In this document: piece by piece, positions 43,227 through 53,490 of the stretch | How positions within the stretch are numbered: position 1 is the stretch's first letter | Layout of the letters: each line of letters opens with the position of its first letter | Assembly (NCBI RefSeq): GCF_000142905.1 | Contig: NW_013657647.1 | Coordinates: 241,828-305,827 of the forward strand | Direction: 5' to 3' | Length of the DNA: 64,000 nucleotides | Origin: Thecamonas trahens ATCC 50062 | Lineage: Eukaryota; Protista; Apusomonadida | The notes under the pieces: model-generated | Told to the model about the DNA's origin: nothing | The model's input: the letters and a program-made list of their open reading frames with translations, nothing else | Database searches by the model: none | Translations under genes and position numbers: made by a program

Positions 43227-43457
43227 CAGAGTAAAGCCAGAGTCGCACAAACTCTATATGCCGCGGGCCATCTCGCTGGTGCGCCGAGTTCGATCACCCG
43301 CGCGCACCCGCTCGGAGAGCCGCAGGTTCCACCGAAATCTGCCACCGCCAGCCGCCGCTCGCCCGTCGACGTGTCGTGTCGCCGACGGCCGGCAGTCGGC
43401 GGAGGGCTTTCGGCAGGCGCACCTCACGCACAGCACAACACACGCCAGCGACAGACC

Positions 43458-43907
43458 ATGTTTGCCTCGACCCGCAAGCCGCTTGGCCGCATCTGCAACA
43501 ACGTCCCAGGCTACGGGCAGAAGTCATCAACCATGTCTGCCAAGTCCCTCTCCGCCAAGCCGGCTGCCAAGCCCGCCACCACCCCGCGCCGCGCCGCGAC
43601 CGGGGCTTCGGCCAACGACCAAAAGTTTGAAAATTTGGCCGCCGCACACGACGCTGTCCCGCCTGCCGCCGGTACCGTCATCGCCGCCTCGCCCGCGCCG
43701 GGCCCCGGAGCTCGGTTTGGCACCGTGGCCGGCCAGTCGCGACATGTGCCTGTTCGGGCTGTCGGCTCTGGCCGCCGCATCCTCTCGCCCACCGATGCCT
43801 ACGTCATGCTCTCGCCGGCCTCGGCCGCCCTGTGGGGCCCGCGGACTACCGCCGCACGCGGCCGCTATCCGCCGCCGTCCTCGCCCTCGCGCCTGCGCCG
43901 CCGCTGA
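43458..43907 (+). CDS. Small basic protein with D-box and Spo12-like motif
   Basis: MFASTRKPLGRICNN (RxxLxxIxN); RRILSPTDAYVMLSPAS; several S/T-P sites. Confidence 0.6.
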   Translation: MFASTRKPLGRICNNVPGYGQKSSTMSAKSLSAKPAAKPATTPRRAATGASANDQKFENLAAAHDAVPPAAGTVIAASPAPGPGARFGTVAGQSRHVPVRAVGSGRRILSPTDAYVMLSPASAALWGPRTTAARGRYPPPSSPSRLRRR

Positions 43908-44144
43908 GCCACACTGGGTGAGACCATGCCGATCATCCTGTGCATCGGCCACCCCAAGTCTCCCCTTCCCGCCCGCAGCCCGGTCTTGCGACGCGCTGCC
44001 GGCCGGAGAGGGATCGCAGCAGAAGCAGTCGATGCCTCCCCCCCCTATCCCGCATCCTCGGGAAAGGGGGAGCAAGAAGAGACCAAGAAACACGTTTGTA
44101 GAATCTGATATGGTGGGTGAGGGGAGGGGGGGGGGGGGGGCGGT

Positions 44145-45155
44145 TTATTGCGCTTGCTGCGTCGATGGGCGAGCGGTGAGGATGTCGACACCCGAATCGG
44201 TGATGAGGATGGTATGCTCAGCCTGGGCCGACCACGAGCCGTCGGGCGTGACGGCGGTCCACCCATCGTCCCACAGATCAAAGGTCGAGGCGTCGCCCTC
44301 GGCAACGATAGGCTCGATGGTGAAGACCATGCCGGACTCGAGAATCAGCTCCTCGTAGTTAAAGTCGTGGACAACAAACGGCAGGGTGTGGAAGTGCCTG
44401 CCGATGCCATGCCCGCAAAAGTCCGGCGAGACCGAGAGGCCCTTGGCGGCGACGTAGCCGGCGATAGCGGCGCCGATAGCGGCGAGCGGGACGCCCGGGC
44501 CTGCGGCGGCAATGCCTGCGTGAAGGGCGCCGCGGGCGGCAGCTACCAGGTCGGCGCATGAGGCCGGCGTCGGCGTACCGTCGGGCGCCGGGACGATGGC
44601 GGCGTCGGCAGTGTCGCCGTGGAAGCCATCGAGGTAGACCGAGACGTCGATGGAGACGACGTCGGCCGGGAGGAAGGGCGCGGTGTTCGGGATGCCGTGG
44701 CAGAGGATCTCGTTCGGCGAGACGCAGACAGCGGCCGGGAAGCCCGAGTAGTTGAGCGGCGAGGGATAGGCGCCGGCGGCGACGGCGGCGTCGACAACCA
44801 GAGCATCGACCTCGGCGCTGGTCGCCACCGATCCGTCCTCCACCGCCGCCAGTGCCTCGCCCAGGATCCGCGCCGCCAGTGCCGCCGCCCGCCTCGCCCG
44901 CACATCCTCGTCTGATCCGGGCTCGAGGACAAGCGGCGGCTCCATCGGCGGGGATGCTCCGCCCGTCAGCGCGTACGGTGGGAGCGCGACATCACCGGCT
45001 CCGTCGGCCGCAGCGGCCAGCCAGCCCGAGCTCCGCGACGGCGGCGGCGGGATGGCCCCGTAGCTCACCCGCCCGCGCCGCCGGGGGACAGTCGACCCAT
45101 GCCGCCGGGGAGTCCGGGCGGCGGTGGTGATGGCGGCGGTGACGGTGCGGAGCAT
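44145..45155 (-). CDS. METAP1D: Methionine aminopeptidase type I, organellar (MAP1D-like)
   Basis: Arg-rich presequence; YPSPLNY.GFP, CHGIP, DVSVYLDGFHGD, GHGIG, FTIEP and SAQAEHT motifs. Confidence 0.9.
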   Translation of the reverse strand: MLRTVTAAITTAARTPRRHGSTVPRRRGRVSYGAIPPPPSRSSGWLAAAADGAGDVALPPYALTGGASPPMEPPLVLEPGSDEDVRARRAAALAARILGEALAAVEDGSVATSAEVDALVVDAAVAAGAYPSPLNYSGFPAAVCVSPNEILCHGIPNTAPFLPADVVSIDVSVYLDGFHGDTADAAIVPAPDGTPTPASCADLVAAARGALHAGIAAAGPGVPLAAIGAAIAGYVAAKGLSVSPDFCGHGIGRHFHTLPFVVHDFNYEELILESGMVFTIEPIVAEGDASTFDLWDDGWTAVTPDGSWSAQAEHTILITDSGVDILTARPSTQQAQ

Positions 45156-45310
45156 GGGGAGGGGTGAGGGCGAAAGAGAGGGAGAGGGGGGAGGGAGGGG
45201 TGGGGGGGGGGGGAGGGGAGGGGGGGGTTAATCGATGGCGCAACGATTAATGTCATGGGCTGGAAAAGGGGGGGGGGCACCCAATAGCCTCGGTCGCACC
45301 AATCGCTTCA

Positions 45311-46375
45311 TTACTTCTCCAGATTGTCTGCTACGTGCCGGAGGAACGGCTCGATGCCCTCGATCAGCTCCCTGACGCGAAAGACGGGCACCTCCAGATC
45401 GGTTCCTGCTGGCCACCGTGGAGGGGACAACTCATAGATTGGCTTGCTGGTGACGCCATCGGACTCTCTCCCGCTCTGCACAAAGTCGACAAACTTGGAT
45501 GCCTTGATGAGATCGTCAAGCTGCTCTTGCACACGCGCTGACGGCGTCGACGAGAACATCGCCATCGGCGGCAGGATGGCATCGGCAAGCTGCGGGTAGT
45601 CCGACAGCGCCCCGGTCTTGGCTTGCGCCATCAGGGCGAGGAGGACAAATCGCCACCTAAACTGCGTTGTCTGTGATGCAGAGCCTATGCCGGCCGAGCT
45701 GCAGCCGTACCGGCCGCGGCTGGCCGCCACCAGTGACTCGCCAGGCACCACCCCTAGCGTGTCCAGGCCGAGCTGCAGCGGATCGTCGTCGCCATCCACA
45801 TCAGCAATACCGTAGATCGATCCGGGCACAAAGATGCCCACCGCGGCGGCTGCCGCAATCATGCGCGCGCCCAAATGGGCCGGCATTGGCGTCACATAAG
45901 TCGCCCCACGCACATGGTCGTGAAAGGCGACCACAGCGTGGGCCGCACTCGCAGATGCCACCCCGCTCGCTTCAAGCATGGCGATCATCTCTCGTGCGTC
46001 CGCCACCGCGTGTGACGCCCGGGCCCACTTGATGCTGCTCGCATCGCTACTACTCAGACAGTCACAGTCGCTTGCGCCCGGGACCACCAACGCCAAATCG
46101 AACAGGCCCACCGAGGCGTAGCCGCCGCGCGATGACGAGATCGCCACCACCGTGCCCGGCGGGGCGCACAGCCCGCGCGCAAACGCCATGTAGTCAGCCA
46201 CATCAAAGCGCACCCGCCACACCAGCGCGTCGTGCATCAGTGCCCGTCGGATCGTCCCGCATGTGCCCATCAGCGCCACTAGGCCGTCCGGCGGCAGGTA
46301 CACTGCCACCGCACCAAGCACATCCACAGGGAGCTCCACCAGAGTCAAACGCGTCGACTCGGATGCTGCAGCCAT
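45311..46375 (-). CDS. F-box-like protein of unknown function; start uncertain
   Basis: LVELPVDVLGAVAVYL....LVALMGTC..IR...VWR fits the F-box consensus. Confidence 0.65.
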   Translation of the reverse strand: MAAASESTRLTLVELPVDVLGAVAVYLPPDGLVALMGTCGTIRRALMHDALVWRVRFDVADYMAFARGLCAPPGTVVAISSSRGGYASVGLFDLALVVPGASDCDCLSSSDASSIKWARASHAVADAREMIAMLEASGVASASAAHAVVAFHDHVRGATYVTPMPAHLGARMIAAAAAVGIFVPGSIYGIADVDGDDDPLQLGLDTLGVVPGESLVAASRGRYGCSSAGIGSASQTTQFRWRFVLLALMAQAKTGALSDYPQLADAILPPMAMFSSTPSARVQEQLDDLIKASKFVDFVQSGRESDGVTSKPIYELSPPRWPAGTDLEVPVFRVRELIEGIEPFLRHVADNLEK

Positions 46376-46853
46376 CGCAAGTAGCCACACAGCGGAGAGA
46401 AGAGTATGCACCGAAGAACCTTCCATGTCATGCACCAGAACCTTCCACGGCTCAGCCCACAGATGAACAGGAGAACCCCCCCCCCCCCCACCCTCCCCCC
46501 ACCCCAGCCCGACTAACGCTAGGGTCGGCGGCATGATGCTGAAAGACAATTGAATTCTAATAAAAAAGCTGGAGAGAACAAAGCCCCTCCCACCCCCCTC
46601 TTTCTACCTAATACCATCATNNNNNNNNNNNNNNNNNNNNNNNNNNNNNNNNNNNNNNNNNNNNNNNNNNNNNNNNNNNNNNNNNNNNNNNNNNNNNNNN
46701 NNNNNNNNNNNNNNNNNNNNGTCCGTCCTGGGCTGGTGTGAGGATGATTTTGGTAAAGCACCGGCGGCATGGTACGGCATCCGTCGCCCGGGCGGGGCGC
46801 AGGCGGCACGCGGGGAGCCGGCTGCCACCCGACTCTCCAGCGCCCAGCCGACG

Positions 46854-48332
46854 ATGGGTGTGTGGATGCAGCTTGTGATGGCGGTGGTTGCGGCGGCGGT
46901 GTATGCGCTGGTGGCGCTGTCGGTGGCGCCGCCGCTGGACCCGGCGCACTGCGTGGCGCTGGCGCCGCTGGCGCCTGTGCATGCGGCGGTGTGCGGCGGC
47001 GGCGGCGGGGCGCAGGTGGCGGTGACTGTGGGCGCGGCGGCGGGGGCGGCGCAGCGGGCGGCGGCGGGAGCGGTGGCGGCGGCGGTGCGGGCGGCGGTGG
47101 CGGGCAACGGCGAGGCGGCGGCGCGGGTGGCGGTCTATGCCGACGGCGAGTTGGTGGTGGACGTGCGGGCGGTGTCGGGCGGGGCGGCGGCGGCGACGGG
47201 CGACGACGCGCCCGACGACGACCTCTTTGTCGTCTTCTCCTGCACCAAGGTCCTGGAGTCGCTGGCTGTCGCCATCCTTGCCGACCGCGGCTTCCTCGAC
47301 TATGACGCGCCCATCACCGACGTCTGGCCGGGCTTTGCCCCCGGCAATGGCTCGGCCACCCTCGCCCACCTCATGCGCCACGAGCTCGGCCTGCCGGCCC
47401 TCGACCGCACCCTCTCGCTCGGCTGGCTCTCCGCGAGCTCTGATTCCGAGCGTACTGCGCTAGCCGAGACGCTTGCCGTCCAGATGCCGATGTCCGCGCC
47501 GGGCGAGCGCACCTTCTACCACGCCATCACCCGCGGCCTGTTTGTGGACGAGATCGTCCGCCGCGCCGACCCACACGGCCGCTCGCTCGCGCACTTTGTG
47601 CAGGAGGAGATTGCCGCACCGCTCGGCCTGGTTGGTGAGCTGGCCATCGGCGACGGGCCCGGCGGCCTCACGCCCACCCTCGATGCCCGCGTCGTCACGC
47701 ACATTCCGCCGCACATTCTCACGCTCGCCGGCACCTACCTGCCGCAGCTCTTTCTGCCGCGCGGGCTGGCGCGTGCATTGTACTCGGACGACACAGTTCT
47801 CGACGGGTTTGAAGCCGACTTTATGGCAAGCATCGTGCTTTCGCCGTCATCGACAGCGGCGCGCTCGATCACCATCGCCGACTCTGCCGGCGAGCGGCTC
47901 AAGTCGGCGGCGGACATGGCTAACTCGCCCGAGTTCCGCGCGCGGGGCCTGACGTCGGCGGCGGGAGTGACTCACGCGAGAGCGCTGGCCAAGATCGGGT
48001 CGGTGCTGGCGGGTGGCGGTGCGCCGCTGCTCTCGCCGGCCGGCCTCGCCGCTGCCAACGCCGTCCGCGACGACGCCCCGCGCTTTGACGAGGGCTTTTG
48101 GCGGAACATCTCTTACTCGGCGGCCGGGTGGGGCATGGATCGCTTTGCCCTTTACGGCCTGCCCGACTGGGAGGGTTGGGCCGGTGCTGGGGGAGCGGTC
48201 TTCATCTGGAACCGCAAGATCAACACGGCGTTTGCCTACACCCCGTCGCTCCTCCTCCCCCGGCTGAAAAAGGTGCGCGGGACGCGGTACCTGCGGGCGT
48301 ACCTCGACGCGCTCGACGCAGCGGCGGCTTGA
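46854..48332 (+). CDS. Beta-lactamase-family serine hydrolase (EstA/class C-like) with signal peptide
   Basis: FSCTK (SxxK), YDAPITDVWPGF, LMRHELGL, FYHAITRG and GWAGAGG motifs. Confidence 0.88.
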   Translation: MGVWMQLVMAVVAAAVYALVALSVAPPLDPAHCVALAPLAPVHAAVCGGGGGAQVAVTVGAAAGAAQRAAAGAVAAAVRAAVAGNGEAAARVAVYADGELVVDVRAVSGGAAAATGDDAPDDDLFVVFSCTKVLESLAVAILADRGFLDYDAPITDVWPGFAPGNGSATLAHLMRHELGLPALDRTLSLGWLSASSDSERTALAETLAVQMPMSAPGERTFYHAITRGLFVDEIVRRADPHGRSLAHFVQEEIAAPLGLVGELAIGDGPGGLTPTLDARVVTHIPPHILTLAGTYLPQLFLPRGLARALYSDDTVLDGFEADFMASIVLSPSSTAARSITIADSAGERLKSAADMANSPEFRARGLTSAAGVTHARALAKIGSVLAGGGAPLLSPAGLAAANAVRDDAPRFDEGFWRNISYSAAGWGMDRFALYGLPDWEGWAGAGGAVFIWNRKINTAFAYTPSLLLPRLKKVRGTRYLRAYLDALDAAAA

Positions 48333-48358
48333 TTCTCGTTAAAGTAACGATGGCGTCT

Positions 48359-48998
48359 TTAGTGGTTGGACCAGCGGGCCGGTGCCGGTGGCTCCTTGGG
48401 CTTGGCCGGCGGCTTGGTCTTGGTTTGCTTGGCTTTGGACCTGGGCTTGGTTGGCACGGGCGTGCGCCCCGTGGCGGCGGCACCAAGCAGGGCGCGATGC
48501 GGTGTGGTGGTCGATTTGGCAGCGTCGCGGCGAGTGTTGCGGCCGCTGGTGTTGTTGTTTGAGGCCTTGGCCTTGCGGCCGTCACGGGCGCTCTGTCGAG
48601 ACTGGGTCCGGGACCGCGGCTGATTGGTGCCAGACGGCTTGACCGGACCGTTTGTGGCGTCCTTGCGCTGCTGACCACGGCGCCTGTTGTTAACCTTGCC
48701 ACGCGACCGGTTGTTCTGCTTCGAGGACGGGCTCTTGCCGTTGCGCTTGTCCGGCGTCGACGTGTCTTTGCCTGAGCCCTGCGGCTTGGTTTTGGGCTTT
48801 GCGCTCGTTGTGGCCTTCCGCTGCTGCGAGGCTTTCTGGCGGGCGGAAGCGGCGTTTTTGCTCTGGCCGTCCTTGTTGTTGTTGTTGCTGTTGTTGCTGT
48901 TGTTGTTGTTCTTGTTGTTCTTGTTCTTGTTGTTGTTGTTGTTCTTGTTGTTCTTGTTGTTCTTGTTCTTGTTGTTCTTGTTGTTGTTCTTGTTGTTC

Positions 48999-49047
<49 letters not shown>

Positions 49048-50461
49048 CCTTGTTGTTCTTGTTCTTGCTCTTGTTCTTGTTCTGGCCGCCCTCAGTGCTC
49101 TTGCCAGGCCCCTTGTTGCTTTTCTTGCCCTGGCCACCCTTGCTGTTCTTCTTGCCCCTGCCCCTTCGGCCTCTCCTGCTTCGGCCGGCCTTTGGTGCCG
49201 GTGGTTCGGACAAAGGAGTGCTAGCAGCTGCAGCTGCCTCGCCATCGGCCACGGCCTTGGCCTTGCGGCTGAGAACGGCATCGGCAGCGGCGTTGAGGGG
49301 GGTCGCCATCTCGGGTGCAACCGACCCGTCGTTCATCCACTTGTCCATAGCAGACTCGACCACAACATTCGTTGCGGCGTCGGCTGCCTCGCTCCTGTCA
49401 GGCCCGGTCTCGGTCTTGGCAACGGTGTCGGTCCGGACCTCGGCCTCAGCCTCAGCCGCGGCCGGTAGGTCAGCCGCAGCCTCGGTCTCGGCCTCGGCCT
49501 CGGCCTCGGCAGCCTCGGCCTCGCCATCCTGAGACTTGGCCGTAGCAGTAGCTTCAGCTTCGGGCTCAACCTCAGCCTTGGCCTTGGCCTGAGCAGCAGC
49601 CTCAGCCTCAGCCTCAGCCTTGGCCTTGGCCTGAGCAGCAGCCTCAGCCTCAGCCTCAGCCTTGGCCTTGGCCTGAGCAGCAGCCTCAGCCTCAGCAGCA
49701 GCCTCAGCCTCAGCCTCAGCCTTGGCCTTGGCCTGAGCAGCAGCCTCAGCCTCAGCAGCAGCCTCAGCAGCAGCCTCAGCCTCAGCCTCAGCCTCAGCCT
49801 TGGCCTGAGCAGCAGCCTCAGCCTCAGCCTCAGCCTCAGCCTTGGCCTGAGCAGCAGCCTCAGCCTCAGCCTCAGCCTTGGCCTTGGCAGCCTCAACCTT
49901 CACCTTTGCCCGCGCATCGGCAGCGGCATCGGCATCAGCCACGGCAGCGCGGACAACGTCCCATTGGCGCAAAACGGCCTGAGCAGACTGCGCAATGTCG
50001 CCGGCGGAGTCGTCCTCGGCAGCAAGGACGCCCTTGACGGCGTCAACCAGGCCGCGCCCGGCAAAGGCAGCCGCAACCTTGCGCGGCTCGGCCAGCTCCA
50101 TCTGCAGCGAGGGGTTGGGGCGGGGTGAGTGGTTGGGGGTGGCGCAGCAGAGCGGGGAGGGAGGGGGACGACAAGGGTGCTGGTCGCGTACCAGGTGCGC
50201 CAACACACCCAAGGCACGCTCCATAGCCATGCGCGCAGAGCGGTCGTCGACAGCCGAGGTGGCGGACGGGTCGGCGGCGGCAGGTGGGCAGCAGAGCGGG
50301 AGCAGGGCGTCGACAAACCGCGGCGAGGCGAGGAGGTGGGTGGCCACCGTCGGCTCGGACACGATGTTCAGGGTCAGTAGCGGCGCAATGGCCATGAGCG
50401 CCACGCCCGCGTTGCTCACAAGCTCGTCCTCGAGCTCCTGCGCCTGCGCCTGTGAAGTCAT
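48359..50461 (-). CDS. Low-complexity protein: helical ARM-like N-terminus, Ala/Glu/Lys repeats, poly-Asn and basic tail; probable intron 50102-50191
   Basis: Long ORF; in-frame 90-nt GTACGC..TGCAG segment; (AEAEAEAAAQAK)n and (AAC/AAG)n tracts. Confidence 0.65.
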
Positions 50462-51340
50462 TGCTTGTCAAAGTCTGCGAGGCGTGTGTCGCTTGTTGCT
50501 GCGTCAGCCCTGACCGCGACCTGGCGCAGCGTCGTTGGCTCCGCCACGAGCGAGCGAGGGCAAAGATCATCATCACGCTTTCGGCATAGCGCTCCCAGGA
50601 CGGTCCGAGGACGATTTTAAGGGGCTTCCCTGGACGCCCGAGTGTGTCCCGAGACGTCCACGATATGAACGGTCTGAGAACGTTCTCAGGAGCGCAGTAG
50701 TTCGACGGGGTGGCTGTAGGGGTAGACGACTGGCCCCAAGTCTGCCACGAGCAAGAGCTGACAAAAGAACAACTTTCGATTTCGACCCACACATGGCATA
50801 CGTGTATTGGCTATTAAATATATAAATATCTATAATTGTAAAGTTATCATAAAATTGTTCAATTTATGTATTTATCAATATTTGCTTTTGTTCAATTATA
50901 TTCATATATTTACAGTCAAAAATGCATTTGTTTTACATATTTTGCTTGTACATCGTGGAGGTCGAGTGCTCGGCCGACGTCACGGCCTGAGGCACCCATC
51001 GCAAAGCCTCACTCTCTTACCACCCCATCCTACATTTGGTACGCATGCTTAAGACCCTCATCCTTCCTTTTGATACGCTCTAGCTGCTTTATAGCACTCA
51101 AACAACACAAAAAACATGTTGTCGGGCCGCCCGCGCTACGAGTCCGCCACGTACTGTCGTTCATCAGGGCAACGACACGCGATATTCAACTGCACTTTCC
51201 CTTTGACACATCTCCATCCTGCCCGATCCTCATATCCGCTGTGCTGTATCAAGCTTCGCCGAAGCCCCTGCGCGGCCGCCGGCTGCCGGCTAACTCTCGC
51301 GCCAGCACTCGACCCCATTTTGGCGCGCTCTCCCAAACTC

Positions 51341-53482
51341 ATGCTTGCGGCCGGCCAGCGGGCGATTCCCGCAAGCAAGCCACACGCAGTAGCGGCCAAG
51401 GGCGGGCGGGTAGCGGCTAAGGGCTACGTTCCGCCCACAGGCTCGACCGCCCGCCCCGTGGCCGACACCCAGCACGTGCCGCCGCTCTCCGCGCCTGCGC
51501 CGGGCGCCGCCAGCCTCGGCCCCTCGCTCTCCGCGCCGCACAAGTACCGCGCCACGACCCAGACGCTGGCAGGCGTGCGGGCACGGCGCAGCGACAGTAC
51601 CAGCAGCGCTGGCGGCGGCAACTCGCACGAAGAAAGGCTCAAGGCCGCGCTGCTGGCGGAGCGCTCGCGTATGGGCACGCTGTACTCGCGGCTGGCGTCG
51701 GCCGAGCCGGCGCCGGCAACCAACGGCGGAGCGCTTCCTCCGCGGGTGGCGCCGCCGCTGGGCGCGAAGCCGGCACCTGACGCGCCGGCCGCCCACTTTG
51801 GCAAACTTGGCACAGTCCGTCTCCAAAAGTATGTGCAGCACGTGGCCGATCGGACCCAACGTGCGCTGGACGCGGCCAAGGCCGGCGAGGCCTCGTCGCT
51901 GCTTCGCCGCGAGCCACGCAAGAAGCTCAAACTCAAGGATTTGGCTCCGCTGCGGCTGCGCGACCTGGACGTGCCGGCCGCCACACGCTCACCGAGCCGC
52001 CATCCGTCGACGCTCCCCCACTGGGTCTCGTTTGCGCAGCCCGAGACCGCGCCGCGCCCGCACGCCTCGGTCCTTGATCCCCGCGCGACACACACACTCG
52101 ACGAGGCTGTCCGCTCGGCCCGTGTCTTTGATGTCGGCGGCGAGCCTCAGGCCGGCACACATGCACCGCAGGCGCTCCGTGCCAGCCGAACGTCGCCTGG
52201 ACGGACGCGCCAGCCGGCAGACCACGCAGCGTGGGCCGGGCGCGCTTCACTCGGCCCCGACGCCCGCCGGTCGTCACCGGTCGCCCGCCCGCCCAACCCG
52301 GCGCAGCCGCCGTCGTTGGCGCCGCCCAAGGGCGAGTTGCTGGGCATCTCGGGTCGGTCTGCGCGCAAGGTCCGCTTTGCCGCCGACCCCATCGCGGTGC
52401 CGAGCGGCGCCGCCGCAAAGCCCGGCCCGGTGAACGGGCCGGACGCGTTTGGGCCTGCGCAGGCTGCGGCCGCAGCAGTCTCGCGACTGGCGCGGGAGGC
52501 CGAGGCCGCAGCCCACAATGCCGTAGCGGTGCTTGATAACCGCGAGCGGGTTCGCGAGCGTTGCGGCCTATCTCCTTCGGCCATCCGCCCCCGTGAACGG
52601 GCCCAGCTCGGCCCAGCCTCGGTCAACATGGTTCACTACAGCCTACCGGCAACTGCACCCGAGACACCGAACCGGATCCGCGCCGGTGACCGTGTCGCGC
52701 TGGGCGACGCGCCGCAGGACGCGCCGCTGACACAAGTCGACCTGGCGGGGTCGCTGCGCGAGTTGCGCTCACGCCCGGCGTCGGCGCCGGGCCAGCCACA
52801 ACAAGTCGTCCGTAACCTAAGCGGGCGGCGAATGCCGAGCCCAACACCGGGCCAGCCGCCGCCACCGCGTGAGCGGCTTCGTGACATGGTCGACACGCGC
52901 ATTGCCAGCAAGCCGCAGCCAAGCGCGTCCCCGCTGCGTGAGCTGCGGGCCAGTCTCAAGTCGCAGCGGGCATCGCTGCGGGCGAGCCAAGCGGCACACC
53001 CACTGAAGAAGCCGCAGACCCGCTGGACGGCCGACGAGCCGTCGCCGTCGCTTGATGCTGCCGCCGAGGTCGCGCAGCTCGAGTCGTTTGCTGCCATGCT
53101 AGAGGCTGAGCAGGCAAAGCTGTTTGAGGAACTTGCCGGCCTCCACAACAGCGAGGTGGCCGAGTGGGAGGCGCTGGCGGTGGCCGAGTCCGAGGCACGA
53201 GTCGACCGCTGCCAGGTCCTGGACGAGATGGTTGGCCTGGCTGGCTCGAGCTCGGTCGTCACCGCGCGCCCAGCCTTGATGGAGACGCTCAAGACTTTGC
53301 GCAACCGGCTTCATCAGCCGCGGCTTCCAGCGTACACGTACGTGACGCCGCTGCTGGCGCAGGCCCAGATCAGCGGCGAGCTCGACGCACTCCCGCTCGC
53401 GGACAGGATCGAGTTCCTCGCCGCACGCGACGCACAGCTACAGAGCGAGCTGGAGGCCATGGATACCAAGACAGCGTGGTAA
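51341..53482 (+). CDS. Hypothetical Pro/Ala/Arg-rich protein with C-terminal coiled-coil
   Basis: More than 700-codon ORF; acidic helical C-terminus; no recognised domain; start uncertain. Confidence 0.6.
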   Translation: MLAAGQRAIPASKPHAVAAKGGRVAAKGYVPPTGSTARPVADTQHVPPLSAPAPGAASLGPSLSAPHKYRATTQTLAGVRARRSDSTSSAGGGNSHEERLKAALLAERSRMGTLYSRLASAEPAPATNGGALPPRVAPPLGAKPAPDAPAAHFGKLGTVRLQKYVQHVADRTQRALDAAKAGEASSLLRREPRKKLKLKDLAPLRLRDLDVPAATRSPSRHPSTLPHWVSFAQPETAPRPHASVLDPRATHTLDEAVRSARVFDVGGEPQAGTHAPQALRASRTSPGRTRQPADHAAWAGRASLGPDARRSSPVARPPNPAQPPSLAPPKGELLGISGRSARKVRFAADPIAVPSGAAAKPGPVNGPDAFGPAQAAAAAVSRLAREAEAAAHNAVAVLDNRERVRERCGLSPSAIRPRERAQLGPASVNMVHYSLPATAPETPNRIRAGDRVALGDAPQDAPLTQVDLAGSLRELRSRPASAPGQPQQVVRNLSGRRMPSPTPGQPPPPRERLRDMVDTRIASKPQPSASPLRELRASLKSQRASLRASQAAHPLKKPQTRWTADEPSPSLDAAAEVAQLESFAAMLEAEQAKLFEELAGLHNSEVAEWEALAVAESEARVDRCQVLDEMVGLAGSSSVVTARPALMETLKTLRNRLHQPRLPAYTYVTPLLAQAQISGELDALPLADRIEFLAARDAQLQSELEAMDTKTAW

Positions 53483-53490
53483 AGTGGAAG

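Noticed and set aside
50550-50700. U3, RNase P or RNase MRP RNA
   Set aside because: Only fragmentary motif resemblance (ggtctgag, gaggacga); required partner boxes and P4 pairing not found.
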